From positions 1 to 57,085 of the IMG/VR virus record IMGVR_UViG_3300044645_002658: a DNA stretch of 57,085 nucleotides; one strand, 5' to 3'. Below the pieces are notes generated by a model. It did not search any database. It saw nothing but the letters and a program-made list of their open reading frames with translations, and was not told the DNA's origin. The number at the start of each line of letters is the position of its first letter. Position 1 is the stretch's first letter. The position numbers were made by a program, and so were the translations under genes. This document shows positions 1-9,258 of the stretch, piece by piece. Source of the DNA: a virus. Taxonomy: Duplodnaviria; Caudoviricetes.

Positions 1-428
1 TTCCATATCTTTTCCTCATTTAGTTTATTGTAGAAAATAATTCTATCTATTTCACAACCAAACTTTGAAATAAAGAAAAGGGTTGCTGGTTTTGTTTTAC
101 CAACCTGTTCACTTATTAAAACAAATTCGAAATCGTCTTTGTATTTCCGATAAATTTCATTCAAATCTTGAAATGTTGACATATGAGTAGATGGTGAATG
201 CCCAAAAATTTGCATTGCAAATTCTTCATATATGAATGACAGATATTCCTCATCTGTTTTGAACTTAAAGTGAGTTTTGAAATCAGGAGTATCAAAAGGT
301 CTCACAATTTCAAATTGGAAGTCTTCATCCACCAACTCCAACTCATCAATGAAAAATTTTTGATAGATTTGTTCTATCTTACTAAAAGTGTCTCGTAGGA
401 CCCCATCAACTTCTATTGCAATTCTCAT
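1..428 (-). CDS. HAD-superfamily 5'(3')-nucleotidase-like protein, 3'-truncated by the window edge
   Basis: Manual translation from ATG at 428 (overlaps the PhoH stop): MRIAIEVDGVLRDTFSKIEQIY..., open to position 1. HAD motif-I-like IAIxVDGV. Absent from the ORF track because there is no stop in the window. Confidence 0.6.
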   Translation of the reverse strand, partial: MRIAIEVDGVLRDTFSKIEQIYQKFFIDELELVDEDFQFEIVRPFDTPDFKTHFKFKTDEEYLSFIYEEFAMQIFGHSPSTHMSTFQDLNEIYRKYKDDFEFVLISEQVGKTKPATLFFISKFGCEIDRIIFYNKLNEEKIW

Positions 429-1156
429 TATTCGTATTTTGTCAAGATTTTCGAAATTAGAGGATTTCTAACAATGTCATAATCCTGAAACTCGAATACA
501 CCAATATCATCAATGTTTCTGAATTTTTCAATAGCATCCCACAGACCCGAATGTTTTATATCTTTATATCTGTCAGTTTGTTCCAAATCTCCTGAGATGA
601 AAAATTTACTGTTGTAACCAATTCTTGTTAGCAACAACTTCATTTGTTTTGGAGAACAGTTTTGAGCTTCTTCGAAAATAAGAATCGAATTATCAATGTT
701 CATCCCTCTCATATATGCTAAAGCAAAAACTTCTACAGCTTCGATTTCTTTAAGTTTTTCTCGAGACTCCTTACCAATAATTTTATTCAAAAGGTAGTAT
801 GATGGGAATATATATGGGTCCAGTTTTTCCTCAACATTACCAGGTAGCGCGCCAAGTTTTTCTTCAGCCTCTACCGCTGGTCTAACAATTATTATTTTGT
901 CATAAGGGGTTTCGGGGTCTGATAATAAATCCACAGCGGCTTTCATGGATATGTAACTTTTACCAACACCAGCTGGACCCGAACAAATTGTTATTTGGTT
1001 TTTATGTAAAATTTCATAGTAAATTCTCTGATTGTCAGATAAAAATTTTTCTCTTGTTTTCTTGGGGACAATTCTTGTAATAAGTTCTTTTTTTGTAAGT
1101 TTTTTTTGAAAAACTGTTTCTGTCTGACCTGATAATTTTGTTGTTTTTTTTCTCAT
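428..1156 (-). CDS. phoH: PhoH-family ATPase
   Basis: Walker A GPAGVGKS, RPAVEAEEKLGALPG, LAYMRG, EEAQN, SGDLEQTD and VRNPLI are PhoH motifs. Confidence 0.95.
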   Translation of the reverse strand: MRKKTTKLSGQTETVFQKKLTKKELITRIVPKKTREKFLSDNQRIYYEILHKNQITICSGPAGVGKSYISMKAAVDLLSDPETPYDKIIIVRPAVEAEEKLGALPGNVEEKLDPYIFPSYYLLNKIIGKESREKLKEIEAVEVFALAYMRGMNIDNSILIFEEAQNCSPKQMKLLLTRIGYNSKFFISGDLEQTDRYKDIKHSGLWDAIEKFRNIDDIGVFEFQDYDIVRNPLISKILTKYE

Positions 1157-1171
1157 ATTTTGAAATTTTGG

Positions 1172-1915
1172 TTATGGAGTTGTAACTCCTCTTTTACTCA
1201 CAACTACAGAACTCATTTTGTTTGCAAATTCTATCGATTGTGAGATGTCGTCAGTGTCAAGATATTTCGACACAAGAGCGGCGATGAAAGTATCTCCAGC
1301 ACCACTAACATCAATTGTTTCTTGAGGTTTTGGAGATTCATAAATAATATTGTTATGTTTGGCACCCTTGGGTCCCAAAGTTATAACAAATTTGGCAAGA
1401 TTTGAGTCAACTATGTTTTTGTTGTTATTATACTCATCCTCATTAAGTTTGATTAAAAATAGATTTGACAACTCGATTTCTGTTAAATCTTTTTTAGAAT
1501 CTAAAAAAACTTTTTTATTATTAGAACTGATAAAATTGATGATTTCCGAAGTCAAAAAACCCTTGTCATAATCACTAATTATAATTGAATCATAAGAATC
1601 TAAATCCACTAAATCATTCATATCTATTTGATTTAGTTTTTTATTCTCACCCTTATCAACTCTTAGGAAAATATGGTTAGATTTACCTTCAATAAATCTG
1701 ACTTTTTTTATTTGTTCTGAATTTGTTAAGTGAGTAATGTCAAGTTTGGCATTGATACTCTTTAGGTTGGAAACCACGTTACCAGACATTCCTGAATTGG
1801 AAGTAACATGGGTTGGTTTTAGAATCGGTACGGGAGCTTCAGGGGATAATCTTTCAACAACACCATAAATAAAACTATCTACACAAGTTTCACCTACCAC
1901 TAAGATTTTTTTCAT
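1172..1915 (-). CDS. PfkB/RfaE(HldE) domain-I-like sugar (heptose-phosphate) kinase
   Basis: N-terminal KILVVGETCVD, RLSPEAPVP, ISDYDKGFL, and the ribokinase anion-hole motif DVSGAGDTF. Confidence 0.85.
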   Translation of the reverse strand: MKKILVVGETCVDSFIYGVVERLSPEAPVPILKPTHVTSNSGMSGNVVSNLKSINAKLDITHLTNSEQIKKVRFIEGKSNHIFLRVDKGENKKLNQIDMNDLVDLDSYDSIIISDYDKGFLTSEIINFISSNNKKVFLDSKKDLTEIELSNLFLIKLNEDEYNNNKNIVDSNLAKFVITLGPKGAKHNNIIYESPKPQETIDVSGAGDTFIAALVSKYLDTDDISQSIEFANKMSSVVVSKRGVTTP

Positions 1916-2315
1916 TTCTTATTATATTTGTTGAGGAGTAATTTCCGATTCTATCGAAGAATAACACTTGTTCACAATATTGTGAACCAATAACCTTCTT
2001 ATCTCTGTAATCTGAACCAACAATTATATATTTTGGACCCCACACTTTGACCTCATTTTCCAACTCTTCATCCGAACCAAAACCAACTACACTATCGACA
2101 AAAACTAAACTCTCGATTAGAAATTTTCTGTCATTCCAAGTATTAATTGGTCGGTCATCTCCTTTGAAATTTTTGACACGCTCATCGTAATCCAATCCAA
2201 CTCTAACTTGTCCCATTTTTGAGGCATATCGTAATAACTCGATGTGACCTCGATGTATCACATCGAAAGTTCCATTTACCCAAATTTTCAAAGGTTTTGA
2301 TTGTCCCCCGGCCAT
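1890..2315 (-). CDS. Cytidylyltransferase-family nucleotidyltransferase (RfaE domain II/TagD-like); true start may be TTG at 2291
   Basis: NGTFDVIHRGH (HxGH), KGDDRPIN, GSDY and C-terminal YSSTNII. Confidence 0.85.
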   Translation of the reverse strand: MAGGQSKPLKIWVNGTFDVIHRGHIELLRYASKMGQVRVGLDYDERVKNFKGDDRPINTWNDRKFLIESLVFVDSVVGFGSDEELENEVKVWGPKYIIVGSDYRDKKVIGSQYCEQVLFFDRIGNYSSTNIIRNEKNLSGR

Positions 2316-2677
2316 ATTCTATAAGAATCTGAATCAAAATGAGAAGTGGAAACCTCGAAAATTATACCATCACTCAATGCCTCTAATTGATGAGGTTGAC
2401 CAGGTAGTTGACGAACTGTGTCCCCCTCTTTTAATTTATTTTCGATTACAGAGCCGTTTTCTGTATCTATCCATCGATAAATGAATTCTCCTTCTTTGAC
2501 ATACCAAGTTTCATCTTTCAAAAGATGATAGTGCATGGAAAACTTCATACCCTCTTTGAATACGAGAAGTTTCCCACAATAGAGGTCATTGTTTTCAAAA
2601 ATAATTTCATGACCCCATCCTTTTGGGATGGTACAACTACTGGATTCTTTTGCGTTATAAATTATTGGTTTTTCCAT
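2288..2677 (-). CDS. Cupin-domain protein (sugar isomerase/mannose-6-phosphate isomerase-like)
   Basis: KGWGHE, SMHYHLLKDETWYV, PGQPHQL and EVST cupin metal-ligand motifs. Confidence 0.75.
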   Translation of the reverse strand: MEKPIIYNAKESSSCTIPKGWGHEIIFENNDLYCGKLLVFKEGMKFSMHYHLLKDETWYVKEGEFIYRWIDTENGSVIENKLKEGDTVRQLPGQPHQLEALSDGIIFEVSTSHFDSDSYRIWPGDNQNL

Positions 2678-3798
2678 TAGATAATATCCCTTTCAAGTTT
2701 TCCAAATTCTCTACGATACACTGTATTACCTTTGTCGGGACTTTCGTAGATGTAAACGTTTTCGGATTTGTTTTTTATAACCTGTTCTTCAATCCAACTA
2801 TATGTTTTTTCCATACCTTCTCTAAGTGTTAACTTTGATTCCCAACCCACTTTTTCACGGTAAAGTTTGTTATCAGAGTTTCTACCTCTGACACCAAGAG
2901 GACATGGGAATCCATATTTATTTACGAATGTTTCACCCTCAATATTTTTGATTTTGATGTCTTTTCCTGATAAATCGATAGCAATTTGTGCAAGTTCGTT
3001 GATTGTTACCATTTCCTCAGAACCTATGTTCACTGGTTCAACAAAATCACTTTCCATTAATCTAAGAACCGCTTCAACACACTCATCAACATAAAGAAAT
3101 GAACGTGTTTGTTGTCCATCACCCCAAACCTCTAATTGATATTCGGGTCTTGATTGACCCGGTATTTTGTCCCAATCGTTTACCTCTGCGGCTTTTCTAC
3201 ACATCGCAGCTGGAGACTTCTCTTTACCACCCTTCCATGTTCCTTGTGGACCAAATACATTGTGGAATCGGGCAATTCTTACATCCAATCCATAGTTTCT
3301 CTTAAATGCCAAAAACAATCTTTCTGAAAATAGTTTTTCCCACCCATATTCTGAATCAGGGTTAGCAGGATATGCCGAAGATTCTTCACAATTTGGATTA
3401 TTGGGGTCCAACTGATTATGTTCAGGATACATACAAGCTGAGGAGGAATAGAAAACTTTACCCACTTTCTTTTTTGCCGATTCATGACAAACATTCAAAT
3501 TAATCAATGCTGAATTATGCATCACATTTGCATCGTTTTCACCCGTGAAAATATAACCAGCTCCCCCCATATCTGCGGCCAGTTGATAAAGTTCATCAAC
3601 ACCTTCATCAATAACCAATTCCACTAACTTGGGGTCTGTTAAATCACCAACAATAAATTGGTCACAAATTTCTTTTTCATCGAAGTATTCATGTTTTTTC
3701 AAATCACAAATACGAACGTAATTCCCTTCAGATTTAAGTCTTTTTGCGAGGTGACCACCAATAAATCCGCCACCACCTAATACGATAATTTTTTTCAT
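2677..3798 (-). CDS. NAD-dependent nucleotide-sugar epimerase, GDP-mannose 3,5-epimerase-like
   Basis: GGGGFIGGH Rossmann motif, LAADMGGAG, SSACMYP, YGWEK catalytic YxxxK, GVRGRNSDN. Start placed at the ATGA overlap (3798). Confidence 0.88.
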   Translation of the reverse strand: MKKIIVLGGGGFIGGHLAKRLKSEGNYVRICDLKKHEYFDEKEICDQFIVGDLTDPKLVELVIDEGVDELYQLAADMGGAGYIFTGENDANVMHNSALINLNVCHESAKKKVGKVFYSSSACMYPEHNQLDPNNPNCEESSAYPANPDSEYGWEKLFSERLFLAFKRNYGLDVRIARFHNVFGPQGTWKGGKEKSPAAMCRKAAEVNDWDKIPGQSRPEYQLEVWGDGQQTRSFLYVDECVEAVLRLMESDFVEPVNIGSEEMVTINELAQIAIDLSGKDIKIKNIEGETFVNKYGFPCPLGVRGRNSDNKLYREKVGWESKLTLREGMEKTYSWIEEQVIKNKSENVYIYESPDKGNTVYRREFGKLERDII

Positions 3799-4625
3799 AA
3801 TAATTTCCAATTTTCAGGATAAACATTTGATGTATCTAACACCATCGATGGATAAAAATTCTTTGGCGCAATTACGTTGTTTTTTTTGTTTAGAAAAGAT
3901 GCCCACCATGAGAAAGTTGAGGCAAATGATGTAATATTATAATCACAAGATTTCATAAGGCTAAAAGTTTCAATATCATTAAAACCCTCTACAAATACAA
4001 TTCTTTCGTCTTTGAAATGCCTTTTACACCAATCAATGTCACTCTCCAAAACATTCTTTCTTGAACCCCCAGTAAATAATAAAATTGTTGAATCTCCGGG
4101 GATTTCCTTAAGTGCATTTGTATAATAATTGTAAAGAACTGACCCCTCTGAAAAATCATTGGACCACTGAGTATCAGTTGGGTTTGTACCATCACTTACG
4201 TCTCCTCTTCTGACGTGTAATGAAACTGTGGTACCTAAATTATGTAGGTATTCATCAACTTTATCCTGAATTGAATTAATCATTTCAAATTCTTTGATAA
4301 GTAAGTCTCTGATGGGGGTGTAATAATTTGGATGTTGAAAGAATCCCATAAAGTCAGTGTTGTCTTTTACATCAAAAACATCGGTATCAAAAATTCGGAG
4401 TTGTTTTTCATGGAAATAGTTTTTAATATCTAAATTTCCATAGGTACAGGATGGGAGTTTGAAATTTCCCATGAGGCATTGTTGTCCGTGCCAATTTCTA
4501 ACATTAATATCTTTTGGTAATACAATTTCAAATCCTGTTTTATTTTGGACTGACTTCAAAATTGCATATTGAAATAACTGATTTCCTAATCTTCCGTATT
4601 CTCCTAAATGACTAAAACTTATCAT
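3795..4625 (-). CDS. GT11 alpha-1,2-fucosyltransferase-like glycosyltransferase
   Basis: GRLGNQLFQYA, SLHVRRGD and STFSWWASFL are GT11 signatures. Confidence 0.9.
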   Translation of the reverse strand: MISFSHLGEYGRLGNQLFQYAILKSVQNKTGFEIVLPKDINVRNWHGQQCLMGNFKLPSCTYGNLDIKNYFHEKQLRIFDTDVFDVKDNTDFMGFFQHPNYYTPIRDLLIKEFEMINSIQDKVDEYLHNLGTTVSLHVRRGDVSDGTNPTDTQWSNDFSEGSVLYNYYTNALKEIPGDSTILLFTGGSRKNVLESDIDWCKRHFKDERIVFVEGFNDIETFSLMKSCDYNITSFASTFSWWASFLNKKNNVIAPKNFYPSMVLDTSNVYPENWKLL

Positions 4626-4651
4626 ATTATTTTTTAGAATAATATAATTGT

Positions 4652-5731
4652 TTATGATTTTTGGTAAAGGTCCAAAAACATTTCTTGGTATTTTTGGACG
4701 ACAGAATCTTTGGAGTTGAATTTTTTTACTTTATCTAAATCCATTTTTACTGTTCCGTCAAATAAACATTGGATAATTTTTTCCGCAAAATCTTCAGCCC
4801 CATCACACAAATACCCATTTGTTCCATCCTCAATTAAATCTAATGAAATATTAGTTTTTAATGAAACGACTGGTAAATTATTTTTTAAGGATTCTACAAC
4901 CATCATAGGTCCCGCATCGGCAAATGTTGTTTGAGCAAAAACATCAGCAGACTGATAAGCATCAGATAATGATTTTCTATCAGGAAAATAACCCAATTTT
5001 TTATGTTCAAACTTAGTGTTTAATTCAACAGAATGTCCTGCAGTTAATACCATGATGATATCGTTATCTACTTTTGATTCGAGAATTTGTAAAACCTTTT
5101 CAAAAAAATCTAAACCTTTCCGTTTCGTTTGAGGTTGAGTGGTTCCCCATAGAATTTTTTTCTTTGCGTTATCTACAAGTTTTTTATTTGTTTCTAAAGT
5201 ATCAATCTCTTCAAATGGTAGAGGGATAACGTAAGATTTCAAATTATTCAAAGGACTCACACTATGAATATTTTGAGAATATGTTGAGTGACATAATATT
5301 GTCGCGTTTACATTCGAAAAAAATTCTTTTCTTTTTTGGATATATGGACCAACAAAGTTTTGTGGGTTCAGTTCAGGATATGAATCCGAATTACCATATA
5401 CCCAATGAGTCATGGCAGAGATAATTAATTTACTATTATTTCTTTCAATAATAGGACCTAAGATTTCATGTGCTAAGTCTGGACCTGTCATAACCAAAAA
5501 GTCATGAGGTGGAATATCAAACATAAATTTGGTAATGTTTGTTTTGACTGTAAATTCTCCGTGATAATCCTCTGGGTCAGGTCTAAAGACACTAAAAGAA
5601 TGTGACCCAACTCCAATAACCTTGATTTCCAAGTTTGGTATCATCTTTAAGGTTTTGTAAAGAATATAATTACCACTTGGTGAACCGTGATAGTCAAATA
5701 CTCCCGAAATAAATAAAACCTTAAATTTCAT
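4652..5731 (-). CDS. GT4-like (GT-B) glycosyltransferase
   Basis: RKG, YQSADVF, DAGPMMVVESLKNNLPVV and DLIEDGTNGYL. Confidence 0.8.
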   Translation of the reverse strand: MKFKVLFISGVFDYHGSPSGNYILYKTLKMIPNLEIKVIGVGSHSFSVFRPDPEDYHGEFTVKTNITKFMFDIPPHDFLVMTGPDLAHEILGPIIERNNSKLIISAMTHWVYGNSDSYPELNPQNFVGPYIQKRKEFFSNVNATILCHSTYSQNIHSVSPLNNLKSYVIPLPFEEIDTLETNKKLVDNAKKKILWGTTQPQTKRKGLDFFEKVLQILESKVDNDIIMVLTAGHSVELNTKFEHKKLGYFPDRKSLSDAYQSADVFAQTTFADAGPMMVVESLKNNLPVVSLKTNISLDLIEDGTNGYLCDGAEDFAEKIIQCLFDGTVKMDLDKVKKFNSKDSVVQKYQEMFLDLYQKS

Positions 5732-5732
5732 T

Positions 5733-6371
5733 TTAGATTTTTTTGCAGTTTTTGAATACTGTGAAATCAGTCAAATCTCTATATCCATTATGTTCATCTA
5801 AATCAGGAACATTCATGGGGTAATTTTGCATAAGTGCCAATCCGTGTGATGCTTGTTGAGGGGTCATATACATGTTCCAACCAAGCATTTTGATGTCATC
5901 TTCGTGATATAAAACCTCGTTTCTACCTTCATAACGAGCTTGTTTGAACCATTTAACAGCATCTTCACTGTCTGTAAGAATCATACCACCCTTACCTATT
6001 TTGAGGTGTTTTTTTATGTGAAATGATAAACACATAAAACTACCAGGGATATACATATCCGAGGTAAATCTTTTAGCCGAATCATAGATTGGGTAGGGTT
6101 TAAGTTGATATATACCTTGCCAATTGTTTGTCTCTTCTGAAGTGTCAAAAATCACTTCTCCACCTGAGTGGATAATTGATTGTGGAACAGATAAGTAAGT
6201 TTTAGATGGAATAGTTACTTGTTGTACTTCCAAATACTTACACACTAAAAATAATGCGTTGGTACAGTTATCGACTGATATTGCGTAAGGAGCTCCTGTG
6301 TAGTCAGCAACTTCTTCTTCAAATTGTTTTACAATTTTATATGGGTTTGTTTTGGGTTTTCTAAGATTCAT
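5733..6371 (-). CDS. Short DegT/DnrJ/EryC1/StrS-family PLP-dependent sugar aminotransferase
   Basis: FEEEVADYTGAPYAISVDNCTNALFL, IYDSA and SFHIKKHLKIGKGGMILT; only 212 aa. Confidence 0.8.
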   Translation of the reverse strand: MNLRKPKTNPYKIVKQFEEEVADYTGAPYAISVDNCTNALFLVCKYLEVQQVTIPSKTYLSVPQSIIHSGGEVIFDTSEETNNWQGIYQLKPYPIYDSAKRFTSDMYIPGSFMCLSFHIKKHLKIGKGGMILTDSEDAVKWFKQARYEGRNEVLYHEDDIKMLGWNMYMTPQQASHGLALMQNYPMNVPDLDEHNGYRDLTDFTVFKNCKKI

Positions 6372-6778
6372 AAAGAAAAATATAAAAAGTTTTCATCTTG
6401 TTTGTATAGTTTGAATCCACAAGACTCAAACACTTTTTTACTGGCAACATTATCTACCATAACTTTTGCTAAAACATCTCTATTTTGTTCAACAAGTTTA
6501 GATATCATAAATTTACCAATACCTTGTCCATGGTAGTTTGGATTCACAGCAAATCTGATGTCTTTGTCTACAACACCTACAAATCCAACAGGTTCTCCGT
6601 TTCTCAAACAAATTTGATAGTCGTTACCAAATTTATCCATGTAATTTTTTTGTTGTTCAGGAGTAATAGATACCTGTTCAACAAACCCGTGTAAATTCTT
6701 CGGGTCAGTTCTGAGTTCTCTGATAACTTCATAATACTCAGGTGCATTCAATACTAATTCTAAATTTACCATATACAA
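6368..6778 (-). CDS. GNAT-family acetyltransferase
   Basis: AVNPNYHGQGIG acetyl-CoA motif and NVASKKVFESCGF. Confidence 0.85.
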   Translation of the reverse strand: MYMVNLELVLNAPEYYEVIRELRTDPKNLHGFVEQVSITPEQQKNYMDKFGNDYQICLRNGEPVGFVGVVDKDIRFAVNPNYHGQGIGKFMISKLVEQNRDVLAKVMVDNVASKKVFESCGFKLYKQDENFLYFSL

Positions 6779-7551
6779 TTCTTTTCTAGATAAAACCTAC
6801 CTTGTTTCATCCAATACTCTTTTAGGTATTCTCTACTTCCTTTCCATCCTTCCATTTTCATAATTGGATTTAGTGTACTTCCCATATCTAAATAGGTGTT
6901 GTTGGGAAACTCACGAAATAACTGATGGATTATTAAATTTGACAAGCTGGCGGCGGAAACCAAAACCAAATGGTCTCGAATGTCATTTTCTGAAATATAC
7001 TTTTTCAAATCATCGATGATTGAGACATCGTTGATAAAACAATTAGTACCAACTCTGAAATCTTTTACGATATCAAAACCTAATTGAGATATATCGGCGG
7101 ATTTATTTACAACGATTATTACTTTTTTTGTTTTGAACAATGGTACAATTCGTTCTAAATATTTTTCATAGTTTCCGTTAACAAACAAGTTTGACCAAGT
7201 CATGTATTCACTATCACCACCTGCCATTTCCATTTGAAAATCAAAATCAGATTGTGATACACAACATCTACAGGATATACCTTTGAAATAATTTTCTTGT
7301 TGGTGTTGGAGAGAGTCAATTAACATCTGCCTATTTTCTGAATGGGTTTCAGGATGAAACTTTTTTTGTTCTTCCTCATTGTATCGACCCATACCTAAAT
7401 TGTTGCCAATGATATAGTGATTTTCATTCAGTTCCAATCTTTTGTTTTGTAGAATAAACAATTCTCCATCAGAAAATCTTGTGAAAGCAAAATTCTCACC
7501 ATTCGATAATTTTTCTCGAAATAATTCTAAATGTCCTTCAAACGTTTTCAT
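6766..7551 (-). CDS. GT-D fold (DUF1792-like) putative glycosyltransferase
   Basis: FAFTRFSDGELFIL near the N-terminus and LDMGS near the C-terminus resemble the RfGDGE and DIGH-type motifs of DUF1792. Confidence 0.6.
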   Translation of the reverse strand: MKTFEGHLELFREKLSNGENFAFTRFSDGELFILQNKRLELNENHYIIGNNLGMGRYNEEEQKKFHPETHSENRQMLIDSLQHQQENYFKGISCRCCVSQSDFDFQMEMAGGDSEYMTWSNLFVNGNYEKYLERIVPLFKTKKVIIVVNKSADISQLGFDIVKDFRVGTNCFINDVSIIDDLKKYISENDIRDHLVLVSAASLSNLIIHQLFREFPNNTYLDMGSTLNPIMKMEGWKGSREYLKEYWMKQGRFYLEKNCIW

Positions 7552-8276
7552 CTATTTTTCATCAATTGGAATCCTTTATTAATATAATTGACAAAAGTAT
7601 CGGACATAATTTTCAAATTGTCAAAGTTCATCGATATAGCTGCAGAATCTTGTCCGATGGACCATGCAGTCATTGGAATACTTCCCCATTTATCAACTTG
7701 GTTTTTGGGGTGTGGAGGAACAAAAGTTTTTTTACCAAGGTACTTTTGTAAAGTGTATGAAAAATGCATGTCTTCACCAACTAAAGTCGATTGTTCAATC
7801 GAGGGTAATTCTCTCCAAAAAGTTGATAACCACTCTCGTCTAAAAAACCATGCGTGACCAACAATATCCACTTCTTCAACCTGTTCGTTCGGTTGTGCCC
7901 AACCATGTCTGACATGAGGTTGATAACCTGTCTCAGATAAAAATTTGACACCAATAGTCCCAAGTAATCCATCGTGAGTTTTAATAGTTTCCAAACAATT
8001 TTCTAACCACTTAGGACCAGGGATTGTATCGTCATCAAAAACACAAATGTACTCGGTCTTAGCATTTAGTGCAAAGGCAAATCGAGCCCAAACTCCTAAA
8101 TTCTTATTACAAGAAGCGTGAGTAGTCTGTGAGGTCAATTCTGATTTGAAATCTTCTCCAAAGTTTTGCCACAAAAGAATTTCATCAGGTTGAACTGTTT
8201 GACGTTTTATAGCATCAAGTTGTGTCTTCAAGTGAGCACCTCTTTTATATCCATTTAAGACCACTGTAACACTCAT
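7548..8276 (-). CDS. GT2-like (GT-A) glycosyltransferase
   Basis: VTVVLNGYKR, EYICVFDDD (DxD) and GEDMHFS. Confidence 0.8.
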   Translation of the reverse strand: MSVTVVLNGYKRGAHLKTQLDAIKRQTVQPDEILLWQNFGEDFKSELTSQTTHASCNKNLGVWARFAFALNAKTEYICVFDDDTIPGPKWLENCLETIKTHDGLLGTIGVKFLSETGYQPHVRHGWAQPNEQVEEVDIVGHAWFFRREWLSTFWRELPSIEQSTLVGEDMHFSYTLQKYLGKKTFVPPHPKNQVDKWGSIPMTAWSIGQDSAAISMNFDNLKIMSDTFVNYINKGFQLMKNR

Positions 8277-9256
8277 AGTTGTTCTAATATTTTAATAATT
8301 TTTTCTGATGAAAATCCGTCACCATACGGGCATTCATAATCTACTTTATAATCATAAATTAGCCTGTCAAATAATAAACTTAATTCATTGTGGGTTGGAC
8401 ACAAATAGGAATGAATATTCAATGACTCAGTTCGTTCAGTAACTTTACGACAAACAATTACTTTTTTGTTAAAAAAAGACGCTTCTTCCTGAACCCCACC
8501 ACTATCAGAAATTAATAATTTACATCGTTTCATTGTTTCGATAAATTGGTCATGGTTCATGGGTTCAACAACCTCTACATTTTGTAAAAGGTGTTTGTGT
8601 TTTTTTACCATTGGATTTGGATGAATTGGTAAAATAAAACGAAGTTCAGGGTATCGACTGGCAATTGAATCAATTTCTTTGAACCAATTTCCCATTTCTT
8701 CATGGTTTTCGCGTCTGTGTAGGGTTACTAAAACTATATTATCGTAACTCAGATTTTCCTTGTCTAAATTATCCAATACGGTATTACCGACAATATAAAT
8801 TTCTCCACCCACTTTTTCATCATGTAAATTATTTGCATTTGTGACTGTAGGACATAGGTGAATATCGGCAATTCTACTCACAAATTGTCTGTAAGACTCT
8901 TCAGGATATGGATTCATTTTATCATAGGTTCTGAGACCGGCTTCTAAATGAATAACTTTGATACCTCTATGGAAAGCGGCCAATGCAAGGGCAAAGGCCG
9001 ATGCGGTATCTCCTTGTACTAAAACATAATCAATCCCTTGTAAACACTCATTAATTCCGTCAGAAAGTATTGATGATACAATTGTGTCAAGTCTGTTGAG
9101 TCCGTTCTCAATATCAAGTTTGAAGTCAAAATCTCCCAAAACAATATCTTTGTGTTGGGCAGTGTACAAAACTTTGTGAGGAATATTACCAGAAAGAGAT
9201 ATCAATTTTTTTATCTTGATATACTCGGGTCTAGTTCCGTAACAATATAAAATCAT
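8273..9256 (-). CDS. wecB: UDP-N-acetylglucosamine 2-epimerase (non-hydrolysing)
   Basis: GTRPEYIK, VQGDT, HLEAGLRT, PEE, GNT, TLHRREN, HPNP and DSGGVQEEA. Confidence 0.93.
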   Translation of the reverse strand: MILYCYGTRPEYIKIKKLISLSGNIPHKVLYTAQHKDIVLGDFDFKLDIENGLNRLDTIVSSILSDGINECLQGIDYVLVQGDTASAFALALAAFHRGIKVIHLEAGLRTYDKMNPYPEESYRQFVSRIADIHLCPTVTNANNLHDEKVGGEIYIVGNTVLDNLDKENLSYDNIVLVTLHRRENHEEMGNWFKEIDSIASRYPELRFILPIHPNPMVKKHKHLLQNVEVVEPMNHDQFIETMKRCKLLISDSGGVQEEASFFNKKVIVCRKVTERTESLNIHSYLCPTHNELSLLFDRLIYDYKVDYECPYGDGFSSEKIIKILEQL

Positions 9257-9258
9257 AA

